Position numbers and translations under genes: made by a program. A stretch of 64,000 nucleotides of DNA, from the IMG/VR virus record IMGVR_UViG_3300044799_000154, positions 1 to 64,000 of that record, one strand, 5' to 3'. Below, one piece after another: positions 1 through 9,789 of this stretch (position 1 is its first letter; each line of letters begins with the position of its first letter). The stretch comes from a virus. The notes beneath the pieces are model-generated. The model was not told the DNA's origin. It saw nothing but the letters and a program-made list of their open reading frames with translations, and searched no databases.

Positions 1-46
1 AAAAGAACTTAATCCAAGTAAGAGGGATGCTCATTGATACCCTTTT

Positions 47-349
47 GTGATAGATGTGGAAAAGAGACTCTTCTTCTCCATAAATTCTGTGATGGCAAAT
101 ATTATTTCTGCCAAGCAGAAGATTAAAGCTGAAGCTGATGCAAATGTAACTCTTACAAAAGCTAGTGCTGATGCTCAGAAAGTCTTACTAGAAGCTCAAG
201 CTCAAGCTGAATCTCAAAGATTACTTAACCAACAGTTGACTGAGATATACTTACGCTATTTGGCTCTACTGCAATGGGATGGTAAACTTCCCTATTTCTG
301 GGCTAGTGATTCTCCCATACCTTTCATACCTGTAAATCCAACACCATAA
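47..349 (+). CDS. SPFH/band-7 (prohibitin-like) C-terminal domain protein, probably truncated
   Basis: Ala/Glu/Gln coiled coil (KIKAEADA..EAQAQAESQRLL) followed by WDGKLP, typical of the C-terminus of viral SPFH proteins; no N-terminal band-7 domain. Confidence 0.6.
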   Translation: MIDVEKRLFFSINSVMANIISAKQKIKAEADANVTLTKASADAQKVLLEAQAQAESQRLLNQQLTEIYLRYLALLQWDGKLPYFWASDSPIPFIPVNPTP

Positions 350-351
350 AC

Positions 352-396
352 GGAAAGGAAAGGTTCTAAACCTTTCTTATTTCCCTCTTTTTTTTC
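352..396 (+). terminator. putative intrinsic terminator
   Basis: hairpin GAAAGG/CCTTTC followed by a pyrimidine tract with T8, directly after the stop at 349. Confidence 0.5.
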
Positions 397-446
397 TATT
401 AGGAAGTTCTCATTCAAATTCTCCCTCAGGGCTGGAGGTAAAATTG

Positions 447-460
447 CATGGTTAACCATG
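447..460. repeat. dispersed palindrome CATGGTTAACCATG (perfect copy)
   Basis: intergenic 14-bp palindrome; one of at least 12 related sites. Confidence 0.9.
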
Positions 461-614
461 AAAAACGAAGAGCTGTGCAGGTTCGCAAAAAGATAATTCA
501 TAAGTGTAGATATTGTAAACGAATTATTCCAGCTACTTTAGATTTCTGTTGTGAGAATTGTTTGTCTCTTTACAAGAGAACTCATAGACCAATAGTCAGA
601 AAGGTTGTTAAGAA

Positions 615-836
615 ATGAAAGACGCATACAATAGAAAGCTTCAATGTCCTAAATGCAATAGTAAGAAGATAGGATTTATTAAAGATTCAGAAGGAAAATC
701 TTCCAATCTTCTATATTGTGAATCTTGTGGTATGATAGGTTCTGTCCTTGCATTCAGAGCACTTCCTTCTTTACCTGAAAATCCTTCCAGACGAGATTCA
801 GATTTAGAAGACCCAGATGAACCTAGAGCATTTTAA
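615..836 (+). CDS. Zn-ribbon protein with NPSxR tag
   Basis: CPKC..CESCG; ENPSRR near the C-terminus. Confidence 0.7.
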   Translation: MKDAYNRKLQCPKCNSKKIGFIKDSEGKSSNLLYCESCGMIGSVLAFRALPSLPENPSRRDSDLEDPDEPRAF

Positions 837-849
837 AAAGGGATGAAGA

Positions 850-1131
850 ATGTCAGAAAATCCAAGTCGAAGATTAAACAAAGTCTATGTGGTTCTTCTT
901 TTAGAATATCCAGAAGAGGGAGAGGGTGGATATGATTCCGTTGAAGTTGTCTATATAACGCAAGATAAAACCAAAGTAGAAGAGATTAGGAAACTTTGGG
1001 ATACTGTTGAGAAAGAAAAACACCATGATGATAATAAGACAATGAAAGCTCTATCTGATTTGCAACATAAGTTTGGTATTATCTGTTGGTCTGGTGAAGA
1101 ACTTAGAATAGAAGAGAGGGTCTTACAATGA
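850..1131 (+). CDS. hypothetical protein, N-terminal NPSxR tag
   Basis: MSENPSRR; stop overlaps next start. Confidence 0.65.
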   Translation: MSENPSRRLNKVYVVLLLEYPEEGEGGYDSVEVVYITQDKTKVEEIRKLWDTVEKEKHHDDNKTMKALSDLQHKFGIICWSGEELRIEERVLQ

Positions 1132-1373
1132 GACAAGCTACAGGTGGAAATCCTTCAAGTCGTAAGCAGTTATATGCTGTGCTCTTTGAATATCCTTTTG
1201 GATGCTTCTGGAAGTTCATGGAAGCAGAGAATGAGAAGGAAGCCAAACGCCTTTCTATTAGATGGCTTATGAAGTTGGAGAAAGAAGAACTTCAAGATAT
1301 TGTTATAAGAGAAGTAAAGCTAGTTTCCTCTCTGAAAGAAATAACAAAGCTAGATGGGTTGATAATGAAATGA
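1128..1373 (+). CDS. hypothetical protein, N-terminal NPSxR tag
   Basis: GNPSSRK; ATGA coupling at both ends. Confidence 0.6.
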   Translation: MRQATGGNPSSRKQLYAVLFEYPFGCFWKFMEAENEKEAKRLSIRWLMKLEKEELQDIVIREVKLVSSLKEITKLDGLIMK

Positions 1374-1822
1374 AAGCTAATAAACTAAGTTTTGATTCTC
1401 CAAATCCTAGTCGAAGGAAGCAAGTTGTTAGCTTAGATACTTATGCTCATAATTGGGGTATTTTAGTGCCATCCAATTCAGGATTTATTTGGGAACAACA
1501 AACAGATGGAGTAATGTGTAATCATATTCAGGTAGAGGGAATTTACATTCCCCTTCGAGAACCTAATGATTATCTTGCTAAGTTAAGGATAGCTAACTAT
1601 GATGGAAAATCTACTCTTGCTATCTGGAAAAAGATAAAGGAGACTATGAAGCAATGGGAAGGTTTCCAATGGATAGAAGTTGATAATCCTAATCCAACTA
1701 AATTCCCAAATAACCAAGAAGGAATGCAATGGATTAGAATAACAGATTGGTGTTCTTCTTTAGGAAGAGGAAAACAACTTATCGGAGAGACTGTCATACT
1801 CATATATCCCAACTGTGATTAA
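1370..1822 (+). CDS. hypothetical protein, N-terminal NPSxR tag
   Basis: start placed at ATG 1370 (ATGA overlap) rather than 1262; PNPSRR. Confidence 0.6.
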   Translation: MKANKLSFDSPNPSRRKQVVSLDTYAHNWGILVPSNSGFIWEQQTDGVMCNHIQVEGIYIPLREPNDYLAKLRIANYDGKSTLAIWKKIKETMKQWEGFQWIEVDNPNPTKFPNNQEGMQWIRITDWCSSLGRGKQLIGETVILIYPNCD

Positions 1823-2054
1823 AATGGACTGTCCTATAAAACAAAATTGTTTAGCTAAGGATTGGTATCCAATATTCAGAGAAGTTTATTTAGAAAGAAC
1901 ATGGGAAGAATGGGAACGAGAACTCTGCAATAGTGGTCAATATCTAAAATGTTGTTTCTACAATTCAAAAGGCTTTCGTTTTAATCCATCTAAACGTCAT
2001 TCTCAATCAGAGAAAGCCAAGAAAGTAATCAGAATCTTAGAAGGGAAAGAATAA
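1815..2054 (+). CDS. Cys-rich hypothetical protein with NPSxR tag
   Basis: FNPSKR. Confidence 0.6.
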   Translation: MIKMDCPIKQNCLAKDWYPIFREVYLERTWEEWERELCNSGQYLKCCFYNSKGFRFNPSKRHSQSEKAKKVIRILEGKE

Positions 2055-2230
2055 TGCCAAAGCAATGTCCTGTCTGTGGCTATGATTTTGATGACAAAGG
2101 TAATTATTGGATTTGTCATCATTGTGGATTCGTTATCTCTAAGAACATCCATAAAGGTAAAGGTATTCACAATATAAGAAATTTCAATCCGAGTAGCAGA
2201 GATAATTTAGATGTTAGACCCGAAATCTGA
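2054..2230 (+). CDS. small Zn-ribbon protein with NPSxR tag (below ORF-track cutoff)
   Basis: MPKQCPVCG..WICHHCG..FNPSSRD, translated by hand. Confidence 0.6.
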   Translation: MPKQCPVCGYDFDDKGNYWICHHCGFVISKNIHKGKGIHNIRNFNPSSRDNLDVRPEI

Positions 2231-2585
2231 AATAGGAAAAGAAGTATTTGTTTGTGTTATCCATGACAGCGAAGTCTATATAGGACTTCACCGTGAAGCT
2301 ACTTTTTCTTCTTGCAAGAAATTTTTAGATGAAGTTCTCTCTGGTAAAAGGAAGAAATTCAAAATCTGTTTTGGTAAAGGAAAAATACTTGGAGTAACGG
2401 AAGAGAAAAATAAGAAATACGAAGTTTTAATAACTAAACTTTTCTTGAATGATGAAAATAATATCAGGGAAGAAGGAAAAACCTGTTGTTATGCTGATCT
2501 TTGGATTGAATTGGGAGAATATGCTAGAGAGCAATTCTCGAATCAGAATCCTTCAAGAAGAAGAATCTTGAAAGATTTTGAGTAA
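2211..2585 (+). CDS. hypothetical protein with C-terminal NPSxR tag
   Basis: QNPSRRR. Confidence 0.6.
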   Translation: MLDPKSEIGKEVFVCVIHDSEVYIGLHREATFSSCKKFLDEVLSGKRKKFKICFGKGKILGVTEEKNKKYEVLITKLFLNDENNIREEGKTCCYADLWIELGEYAREQFSNQNPSRRRILKDFE

Positions 2586-2606
2586 TCCACCCTGCTGGTG
2601 TGAATT

Positions 2607-2620
2607 CATGGTTAACCATA
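2607..2620. repeat. dispersed palindrome copy (CATGGTTAACCATA)
   Basis: intergenic, 13/14 match. Confidence 0.85.
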
Positions 2621-2635
2621 TTAGTTTAACGGGGC

Positions 2636-2974
2636 TTGGAAGATTTGGATGATATTCAATTTGTAAAGAATGGCTGGATAATGTTAGTGGAACTGATAGA
2701 GAAGAGAATTCTTATTGGTGAAGCTAACAAATGGTTTGAAGATTTCATAATCATGGGTATTACTCATGAGACAATCCATATCGTTATTGATAGCTTAGAG
2801 GGTTTGGAGACTACGGATAAATTTGATAATCTCTTTGGCTATGCAAATCCAACTGTTCTTTTAGTTCCTGAAAATGATTCGGAGTTTGATTCTGTTCAAA
2901 GAAGTAGATTAGAGAAGGTATTTTGGAATGAAAAAGGTAAGCGTAGAGTTAGGTTCTTGGATTCAAATCGTTGA
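2636..2974 (+). CDS. HExxH (zincin-like) hypothetical protein
   Basis: ITHETIH motif. Confidence 0.45.
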   Translation: MEDLDDIQFVKNGWIMLVELIEKRILIGEANKWFEDFIIMGITHETIHIVIDSLEGLETTDKFDNLFGYANPTVLLVPENDSEFDSVQRSRLEKVFWNEKGKRRVRFLDSNR

Positions 2975-3179
2975 TAGCTCAGATGGTAGTTTGGTAACAG
3001 GTCAATTAGAAAAATATTTATCAGACAAACCATTCGATGAAAATAATCTAGCTTTCAAAAGGAGAGGGTATCACATTCCTATTTTTCTTGACCAGATTGT
3101 TCATGTCTTTCCAAAGATTGAATTGAAAGAGAATCCTCAAGATATTAATCCTTCAAAGAGGGAATCTAATGAATCCTAG
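2928..3179 (+). CDS. hypothetical protein, paralog of 39009..39260, NPSxR tag
   Basis: shared GxW..GxxEK..KP..N..RG..FPKIxLK..INPSxR pattern. Confidence 0.65.
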   Translation: MKKVSVELGSWIQIVDSSDGSLVTGQLEKYLSDKPFDENNLAFKRRGYHIPIFLDQIVHVFPKIELKENPQDINPSKRESNES

Positions 3180-3408
3180 TAAGAGACAAGTTACTTGTTT
3201 GGAATGTAAAGAAAAAACTGATGCTGACGAAGTTGTCTGTAAAGAATGTTTTGAATCTACTCAAAATACTGCTTATGATAGTGGTTTTGATGATGGTAAG
3301 GCTGATGGAAAGAAAGAAGGTTATGAATCTGGACACGATGAAGGTTACAATGAAGGATATTCTGAAGCTATTAAGCAAGTTCAAAAAGCTATAGAGAAGC
3401 TGGCATAA
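3169..3408 (+). CDS. Zn-finger plus GxxxG-repeat protein, N-terminal NPSxR tag
   Basis: MNPSKR, CLEC..CKEC, GFDDG/GYESG/GYNEG repeats. Confidence 0.6.
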   Translation: MNPSKRQVTCLECKEKTDADEVVCKECFESTQNTAYDSGFDDGKADGKKEGYESGHDEGYNEGYSEAIKQVQKAIEKLA

Positions 3409-3650
3409 GAACTTGAGAAGTTATGAAGAGGATGACAAAGATTGACAATATTTGCAGTTAGAATCAAAGAATCGGATACCTATAACTACCATGTTTATCT
3501 AGTGGAAGCTAAGAATGAAAATCATGCCAAGAATGTAGCGGAAGCTAAATGGTATGAAAAACATAATATTAGAATAGCAGAAGGAGAAACCCAAGTCTGG
3601 GAAGTAGAATTAGATTTTAGTAATAGAGATAATCCGAGTGTGAGAGGCTA

Positions 3651-3893
3651 ATGGAAATCTGGGTAGAAAGGAAATTAACTAAGCATCAAACACCATGTCA
3701 ATTCTGTCATAGAGAGATAGACAAAGGAGACTTTAGAGTAGTTGTAAGATATAATGGATATCATCAGCAAGATTCATTGTATGCTCATGTTGGATGTCTT
3801 CAGAACTTCACAGAACGAGAATTACTTCGTGCTAAAGAAACTCCAATTACAATAGATGAGAAAGTTAATCCTAGTCGGAGAGATGGACAATGA
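3651..3893 (+). CDS. PARP-type Zn-finger-like protein with NPSxR tag
   Basis: CQFC..I.KG..R....HVGC pattern; similar to 12662..12916. Confidence 0.55.
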   Translation: MEIWVERKLTKHQTPCQFCHREIDKGDFRVVVRYNGYHQQDSLYAHVGCLQNFTERELLRAKETPITIDEKVNPSRRDGQ

Positions 3894-4345
3894 AAAAGAA
3901 AATGGGTATTATAGAAAAAGACCTTAGAGTATCTCTTACCAAATATAAGGAAGATAGAAATCTTCAAGCTCTTTTGAAAGCAATTGTTACTCAATCTGAT
4001 AGCCATATCCATTACTTTTGGCAATATGATTTCTTTCAGAAGAAACTAGAAAAAGTTTGCAAAGAACTGATAAGTAATTCCAATCCTAGTCATAGAGAAG
4101 GAAGAGTAGATGCAGTATCGCCTTGACAAAAAGAGTAAGCAGTATTACATGAAGGTTTGTGCATCTTGCAATGAGATATTTCTCTGTAAAGGAATATGTG
4201 AGAACTCTGAGAAAATATTCTATGAACAAAGTTGCATGTGTCCAGACCATTCAAGTCGAGAAGAGAAAAAGAAATGTCATAAACTTAGCTGGAAATACAA
4301 TCCATCTTACAGACATGAATATCCTCAAATTCAGGAGAAATAATT

Positions 4346-4771
4346 TTGATAATTGCAATTCTCAAGAAAAGAGGACAACTCTATATTGACTTATCATCCT
4401 ATAATAAAGGAAGCAAAGAACTAGAATTCAAAATAAGTGCTTACTATAAAGAAGACCATAAGAAGAAAGAAGAAGTAGGCGATTTGGAATATACGCTTAA
4501 AGTAAACAAAAATGGAATTCCAAAAGAAATCCATGTAGATAATATAGATGTTCGAGAACCTCTGTGGAAGAAAGGATATGGAAGAATACTAATGAGTTTC
4601 TGCCAAGCAATTGCTCAAGCTTCTAACTTGAAAGTAACTTTGTTCTCTTTGGGAGATGTAGTAGGATTCTACAGAAGATGTGGTTTTAATCCAGCTTGTA
4701 AAGACTCCCAAGACATGATATGGAGAGTTAAAAAGAGGAAAAAACATGATGCGAAAAGAGTTAAGATATGA
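4346..4771 (+). CDS. GNAT family acetyltransferase
   Basis: acetyl-CoA motif A (WKKGYGRILM) and GFYRRCGF. Confidence 0.75.
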   Translation: MIIAILKKRGQLYIDLSSYNKGSKELEFKISAYYKEDHKKKEEVGDLEYTLKVNKNGIPKEIHVDNIDVREPLWKKGYGRILMSFCQAIAQASNLKVTLFSLGDVVGFYRRCGFNPACKDSQDMIWRVKKRKKHDAKRVKI

Positions 4772-5001
4772 ATGCTTATTCTGTAATTTCTTTGATGAAT
4801 GCAGAAGATTAGAAGTTAATGAAATTATCATTAGAGCTATTCAAGAGACTGGAAAATGTCCTGATAGATATCCTATCAGAATAAATCCTTCTTGTAGAGT
4901 TCCTTTTTTCTATTGCTCAAGCAAGTATTATGTCATAGGCTCTGAAGAACCTATAGAGCTTGACAAATATTATAGAGTTCCTTCTAGGGAAGTGAAAGAA
5001 T

Positions 5002-5409
5002 ATGTGGAGAAATCTTAGAGAAAAAATATCAAGAACTTTGATTCCGCCAAAATCTAGAATCTATGTTAAACCAACTCAACAACCATCAACGATAGGTATG
5101 AAAGAACGAACTATTTTGTGTGATTGTTCAGATTGTAAAATAGAAAGTAAAGGATTCTTTGAAACGCTTCCTTTAGAAAATGGACATTGGACATCTTGCT
5201 CAGTTCATAAATGTAAAGACTGTGGTAGGATGGGTGGATTTCCACAAACAAACTTAGAAGATTCTATTTTGCATGGAACATTAGAAACTAAACAAGCTCT
5301 TCGTGATGCTGGTATTCCTGTAGATGAATTCATTACTGAATTCAAAAAGAAACACCCAATAACAGATGAACAATTGAATCCATCTAGGAGAGAAATAAAG
5401 AATGACTGA
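5002..5409 (+). CDS. Cys-rich hypothetical protein with NPSxR tag
   Basis: LNPSRRE at C-terminus. Confidence 0.6.
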   Translation: MWRNLREKISRTLIPPKSRIYVKPTQQPSTIGMKERTILCDCSDCKIESKGFFETLPLENGHWTSCSVHKCKDCGRMGGFPQTNLEDSILHGTLETKQALRDAGIPVDEFITEFKKKHPITDEQLNPSRREIKND

Positions 5410-5899
5410 TGATGATTGGTCTTACAAGATAAGTAAAAAGTATTGGCAGAACAAAGAAGAGTTAACAATTAAACTCCCACAAAATATCAAAGATGTCAAG
5501 ACAGTAGCTTATTTGTTGAGAACTTTCTTAGAGAACGAAAAGTGTCCTTTCAAAATTATCGGAGAAATAGAACTTCTCTACTCAGATAAAAGTGCAGATG
5601 CAAATTTAACTGAACATTGGGGTAGAGCTTATATTATAATTCCTGTATTGAAAAGAGGAATCTTAAAGAAACCTCGATATGACAAATTAGAAGAAAAGCA
5701 TTTCATAAAAGTAAGAATTTCTCTTGATAAATCAAATCTTGGAACATGGCAAGAACATTGTTGGGATAATGGAAATTGTCATAGATGGTACATGGAGATG
5801 GAACAAATCAAAGCATGGAAAGAACTTCTAGAGAAATTTGGTAAAACGCTTCCATCTTTGAAATCAAGTTCAGAGATAGGAAATCCTTCAGCTAGGTGA
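5402..5899 (+). CDS. hypothetical protein with NPSxR tag
   Basis: ends GNPSAR*. Confidence 0.6.
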   Translation: MTDDDWSYKISKKYWQNKEELTIKLPQNIKDVKTVAYLLRTFLENEKCPFKIIGEIELLYSDKSADANLTEHWGRAYIIIPVLKRGILKKPRYDKLEEKHFIKVRISLDKSNLGTWQEHCWDNGNCHRWYMEMEQIKAWKELLEKFGKTLPSLKSSSEIGNPSAR

Positions 5900-5903
5900 T
5901 AGC

Positions 5904-6248
5904 ATGAGTGTTTTCCAAGACCCTGATATAGTAGCTATACAAAGGTTCAAAGCAGATGTCTTTATCCTTACTAAAGAGAGAATCAAATTCACACTAGAAG
6001 GAAGTAAAGTATTGAATCCTTTCTCTGCTATATTAGACCCAAGATTCTATCGGGGTAATATTGATATTTTGGAAGATGCTGTTAGGAATAAGAGAAAACT
6101 ATGGCTTATAATAGAAGTAAGAAAAGTTTCAACAACGAATTCAGTATCCCAAGGTTTCTCTGCATCTGGAAAAATCTTTGTTCTCTCAGATGCTCACTAT
6201 GTAAATGAAGCTGAAGAGTTGGAGGATATTAATCCAAGTAAAAGGTAA
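5904..6248 (+). CDS. hypothetical protein with NPSxR tag
   Basis: ends DINPSKR*. Confidence 0.6.
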   Translation: MSVFQDPDIVAIQRFKADVFILTKERIKFTLEGSKVLNPFSAILDPRFYRGNIDILEDAVRNKRKLWLIIEVRKVSTTNSVSQGFSASGKIFVLSDAHYVNEAEELEDINPSKR

Positions 6249-6257
6249 GGTGAGAAA

Positions 6258-6596
6258 ATGGGTAGAAAGAAAATAAGAAATGAAGAATATACTAGAATGA
6301 TTCTTCCAAAAACTACTGATGTAGTAGGAACAGTAGTACAGATGCTAGGCAATGATAGACTTCTAGTTAGACTTCCAGATGGAAAACAGATGATAGCTCG
6401 CATTAGAGGAAAGATGCGAAAGAGGGTTTGGATAAGACAAGGAGATGTAGTTCTAGTATCACCATGGGACTTTGAACCAGAGAAAGGAGACATTTTTTAC
6501 AGATATACACGAGACCAAGTCAAGGAACTAAAGAAACTTGGATTTAAGGTGTATGAACTTGGAGAAGGAAAGAAAACTAGCATCGGAAATAATTGA
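6258..6596 (+). CDS. eif1a: translation initiation factor aIF-1A (eIF1A)
   Basis: LPK..DVVGTVVQMLG..RIRGKMRKRVWIRQGDVVLVSPWDF..KGDI.YRY; GGTGA SD-like sequence upstream. Confidence 0.95.
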   Translation: MGRKKIRNEEYTRMILPKTTDVVGTVVQMLGNDRLLVRLPDGKQMIARIRGKMRKRVWIRQGDVVLVSPWDFEPEKGDIFYRYTRDQVKELKKLGFKVYELGEGKKTSIGNN

Positions 6597-6811
6597 CAGA
6601 GTTGAATGGGCTATCAGAAAAGCTCATCCTAAAGTAGATAAGGTAGGAAAGAACTGTCATGGAAATACACTACTTTATGGTGAGAAATATTTTGACTTAG
6701 AAGATACTCTGACTGAGATTATCCAAGATGCTTATCCTGCATATAGCAAGAAAAAGCAAACTTCATTCAATCCATCAAAAAGAGAATAACGTCTCTAAAA
6801 CGGGGTGAGCA

Positions 6812-6825
6812 TATGGTTAACCATG
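6812..6825. repeat. dispersed palindrome copy (TATGGTTAACCATG)
   Basis: 13/14 match at a gene boundary. Confidence 0.85.
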
Positions 6826-7082
6826 AAGTTGGCATGTACAATTGTCCTGTTTGTAAGAAGAATCTTAAACGAATGGGTGAAGCTTCTATATTGACAGGCT
6901 TACCTAAAGAAGTAGGGAAGGAGATGGATTATTATTACTGTGCTGATTGTCACACGAATATGAATCGTTGTTGCTTTATCTTCTTTAAGGGCATAATATT
7001 CATTTTCTCTGACCATAAAAATTGGGAAGAACTAAGATTCAATCCAAGTGCAAGATATGGTGAAAATTATGAAATGCCCTGA
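6813..7082 (+). CDS. Zn-ribbon protein, family shared with 14544, 15883 and 19657; NPSxR tag
   Basis: CPVC..YYYCADC..aromatic strand..W..FNPSAR. Confidence 0.6.
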   Translation: MVNHEVGMYNCPVCKKNLKRMGEASILTGLPKEVGKEMDYYYCADCHTNMNRCCFIFFKGIIFIFSDHKNWEELRFNPSARYGENYEMP

Positions 7083-7180
7083 ATGTAAAGATACTTTGGT
7101 ATACGACCACATAGAGAATAAATGGTATTGTCTAAAGTGTAAAGCATATCCAGATGTAAAAATGATATTATGGTGAAAGT

Positions 7181-7600
7181 ATGAATCCTTCAAGTAGAGA
7201 AATATATGTAGTTGGTGTTTTTGACTGTGGCTGTAACTATGAAGCTGGCTTTGGGTCTGTAGAGATAGTCAGATGCTCAAATATGTCAGAACTCAATGAC
7301 ATCAAACAGAAGATGAATAAACACTCTTCAGAATTTCAATGTCATTTTAGACATGCCCTCTGTCTCTTGGTTTTTGAAGGAAAACTTAAATTCAAATTTA
7401 AGGGATATGGAGCTAAGAGTTACAAAGGATATATCAGAACTTGGAATGCTAGGAACAAAGATGGAAGGAAAATGGGTAAGGAAATAGTTACTTTTAATAA
7501 GCAATTTGATAGAATTTGTGCATGGCTTGAAAGACATAGAAAATATAAAGAGAAAATTATACTTCAAGAAGATGCTAATACAGGATGTGGTTTAGCTTGA
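7181..7600 (+). CDS. hypothetical protein, N-terminal NPSxR tag
   Basis: MNPSSRE. Confidence 0.6.
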   Translation: MNPSSREIYVVGVFDCGCNYEAGFGSVEIVRCSNMSELNDIKQKMNKHSSEFQCHFRHALCLLVFEGKLKFKFKGYGAKSYKGYIRTWNARNKDGRKMGKEIVTFNKQFDRICAWLERHRKYKEKIILQEDANTGCGLA

Positions 7601-7785
7601 AAACTAAAATTAGATTTGCTTTTCCTTTAGGTGCAATTGCCTCAATTGCTATCTTTATCTATTTGATAAGTAGTGAAATCTGGTATCAACTAAGTTTTGC
7701 TCTGAAGTTCCTAGTAATAATTGCATTAACTATTCTATTCTTCTGTGGAGAGTTTGAATACTCAAAGGAAAGAAATGCACAGTGA
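7585..7785 (+). CDS. small two-TM membrane protein
   Basis: two hydrophobic segments. Confidence 0.55.
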   Translation: MWFSLKTKIRFAFPLGAIASIAIFIYLISSEIWYQLSFALKFLVIIALTILFFCGEFEYSKERNAQ

Positions 7786-7802
7786 CTGACTGGCGGGAAT
7801 TG

Positions 7803-7816
7803 CATGGTTAACCATG
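7803..7816. repeat. dispersed palindrome CATGGTTAACCATG (perfect copy)
   Basis: intergenic; preceded by CTGG...AATTG, like the copy at 447. Confidence 0.9.
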
Positions 7817-7868
7817 TCAGAAAATGGAAATGGGGAAACAGGGATATATTCAAATTGGATGAATATTA

Positions 7869-8282
7869 ATGAGTGTGAAAATAACTCTTTCAGAGAATGC
7901 AAAGCGTCAGATTATCTTTCATGCTTGTCTTGATGCAAAGAATAAATTCTATCCAAATGCTATTGTCAATTGGGTAGATGATGATTATAAAATCTTAGTA
8001 TATTTTTGTTCTAAAATACAAACAAAGAAGAAAGTAGGTTTCTTACGAAAGAAAGAAATTTCTGAAGAACATGACTTAGAGATTCATTGTGTAGAAGTCA
8101 AACTCTGTCATCTAGGGTTCAATGATATGGATTGGGGAGAAATTAAAGTCAAGTCTCTTCATAAAGATTATGATGCCCTAGCAGAAGAGATAGCTCATAC
8201 CATTGAACAATACACATCAATAATTCTCATTATTAATAACCCAAGTAAAGTAGAATCTTTACAGAATCCAAGTAGGAGATAA
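7869..8282 (+). CDS. hypothetical protein with NPSxR tag
   Basis: NNPSKV..QNPSRR*. Confidence 0.6.
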   Translation: MSVKITLSENAKRQIIFHACLDAKNKFYPNAIVNWVDDDYKILVYFCSKIQTKKKVGFLRKKEISEEHDLEIHCVEVKLCHLGFNDMDWGEIKVKSLHKDYDALAEEIAHTIEQYTSIILIINNPSKVESLQNPSRR

Positions 8283-8690
8283 GATGAGATTCAAACGTGG
8301 ATATTATGGATATCTAGAGTTCGTCAGACCTAATCCATCTCGAAGAGACTCTTTTATTCAAACTGAATGCGAATGTGGCATAGAACCAGCTACACACTTT
8401 CATAAAGTTTACAAAGAGAGGAAAAGATGATGATGAGATGGTGGTGGTGTTCTAAACACCATATTGCTGTCCCTGTAACTGATGAATGTCCTATCTGTGA
8501 AAGAGAGAAGATGAATCCTAGTAGGCGAGAACAATGATTCCCACCTCATATTTTTGCCCCATCTGTAGTGAATATCGAGCTAATAATGTCTTTGACTTTA
8601 TTTCTCACATAAGTATGAAGCATGGACAAGGAAATCCTTTCAAAGATGAGGAAAGAAAATATTGGTTGAATCCTAGCAGGAGAGATAATC

Positions 8691-8957
8691 TTGATATCAC
8701 AAGACTCAGGAAAAGATATGGAGAATAAGAAGAATCAGGCTCTCTTGAGTATTCTGAGTTCAGAAGCAAGGCAACGGTTAGAACGCATAAGGATGGTAAG
8801 CACAGATAGAGCAGAATATCTTGAATATATCTTAATCCATCTAGCTTCTCAGAATAAACTTAGAATTCCAATGGGAGATGAAGATTTCAAGACTTTCATT
8901 ATGAGTAATGTTCCATCAAAAAGAGAAATTACAATAAAACGAGAATATGAAAAATAA
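8691..8957 (+). CDS. PDCD5/MTH1615-family DNA-binding protein (likely start ATG 8718)
   Basis: ILSSEARQRLERIRMV..RAE.LE..LI.LA.Q.KL...DEDFK. Confidence 0.85.
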   Translation: MISQDSGKDMENKKNQALLSILSSEARQRLERIRMVSTDRAEYLEYILIHLASQNKLRIPMGDEDFKTFIMSNVPSKREITIKREYEK

Positions 8958-9417
8958 AGAGGAATAATTTTGGGTTTGTATTTTTCAGGAAGAATAATTC
9001 AAGAAGAGACAGTTCTAAAACATCTGTTGGGAAAAGGTGTTCAACCCATTGGGAAAGAGGATGGAGCCAATGCTAATTATAACTGTGAAAGCTTGGGTCA
9101 TCGGATATGGGTTTGGATTAACCTGAACACAGGATATACAATAGCAACAGGAGATGAAGGAAATGGGTGGGTTATTGAATTAGCTAAAGGAACAAAAGAA
9201 GAAGTCTTAGAGAAAATACACCCTCTCAACTCTTCCAGACGAGTTCAAGATTCTAAGATTAAACCTCGTTATCGTAATATTTTTGAAAGTATCAAATCTT
9301 TGGAAAGGTAAGAAGATGAGGAAAATTATTAAAAGAGAAAAGCTTTGTAAACATTGCAAGAATCAAATTGCTTCTCCAAAGTATGCTTGGTTCTGTGACC
9401 ATTGGGTGAGATAGATA

Positions 9418-9789
9418 ATGAGAAATATTCAGATGAGCTGGAAAGAGTTTGATAGAACTACTCGCTTACTAGCTAGAGACATTAAGAAATCCAAGATACA
9501 ATATTCAGCTCTTTGTGGAATTCCAAGAGGAGGGTTAATGATAGCCGTTAGGTTATCTCATCTTTTAAATATTCCATTAACAGAAAATGAAAGCTTAGAT
9601 TTTATGGATAGAACGATATTGATAGTTGATGATGTAGCAGATACAGGCAAGACTCTACAGTTCTATGCACGTTTTGGTTTTCCAACAGCTACATTATATT
9701 GGAATCCTGAATCTTCTATGCAACCTAAATTCTGGATTAAAAGAAAGTCTTCAAAAGAATGGATTGTCTTTCCATGGGAACAGATGTAA
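9418..9789 (+). CDS. purine phosphoribosyltransferase
   Basis: GIPRGGL, PRPP loop ILIVDDVADTGKTL, WIVFPWE. Confidence 0.9.
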   Translation: MRNIQMSWKEFDRTTRLLARDIKKSKIQYSALCGIPRGGLMIAVRLSHLLNIPLTENESLDFMDRTILIVDDVADTGKTLQFYARFGFPTATLYWNPESSMQPKFWIKRKSSKEWIVFPWEQM

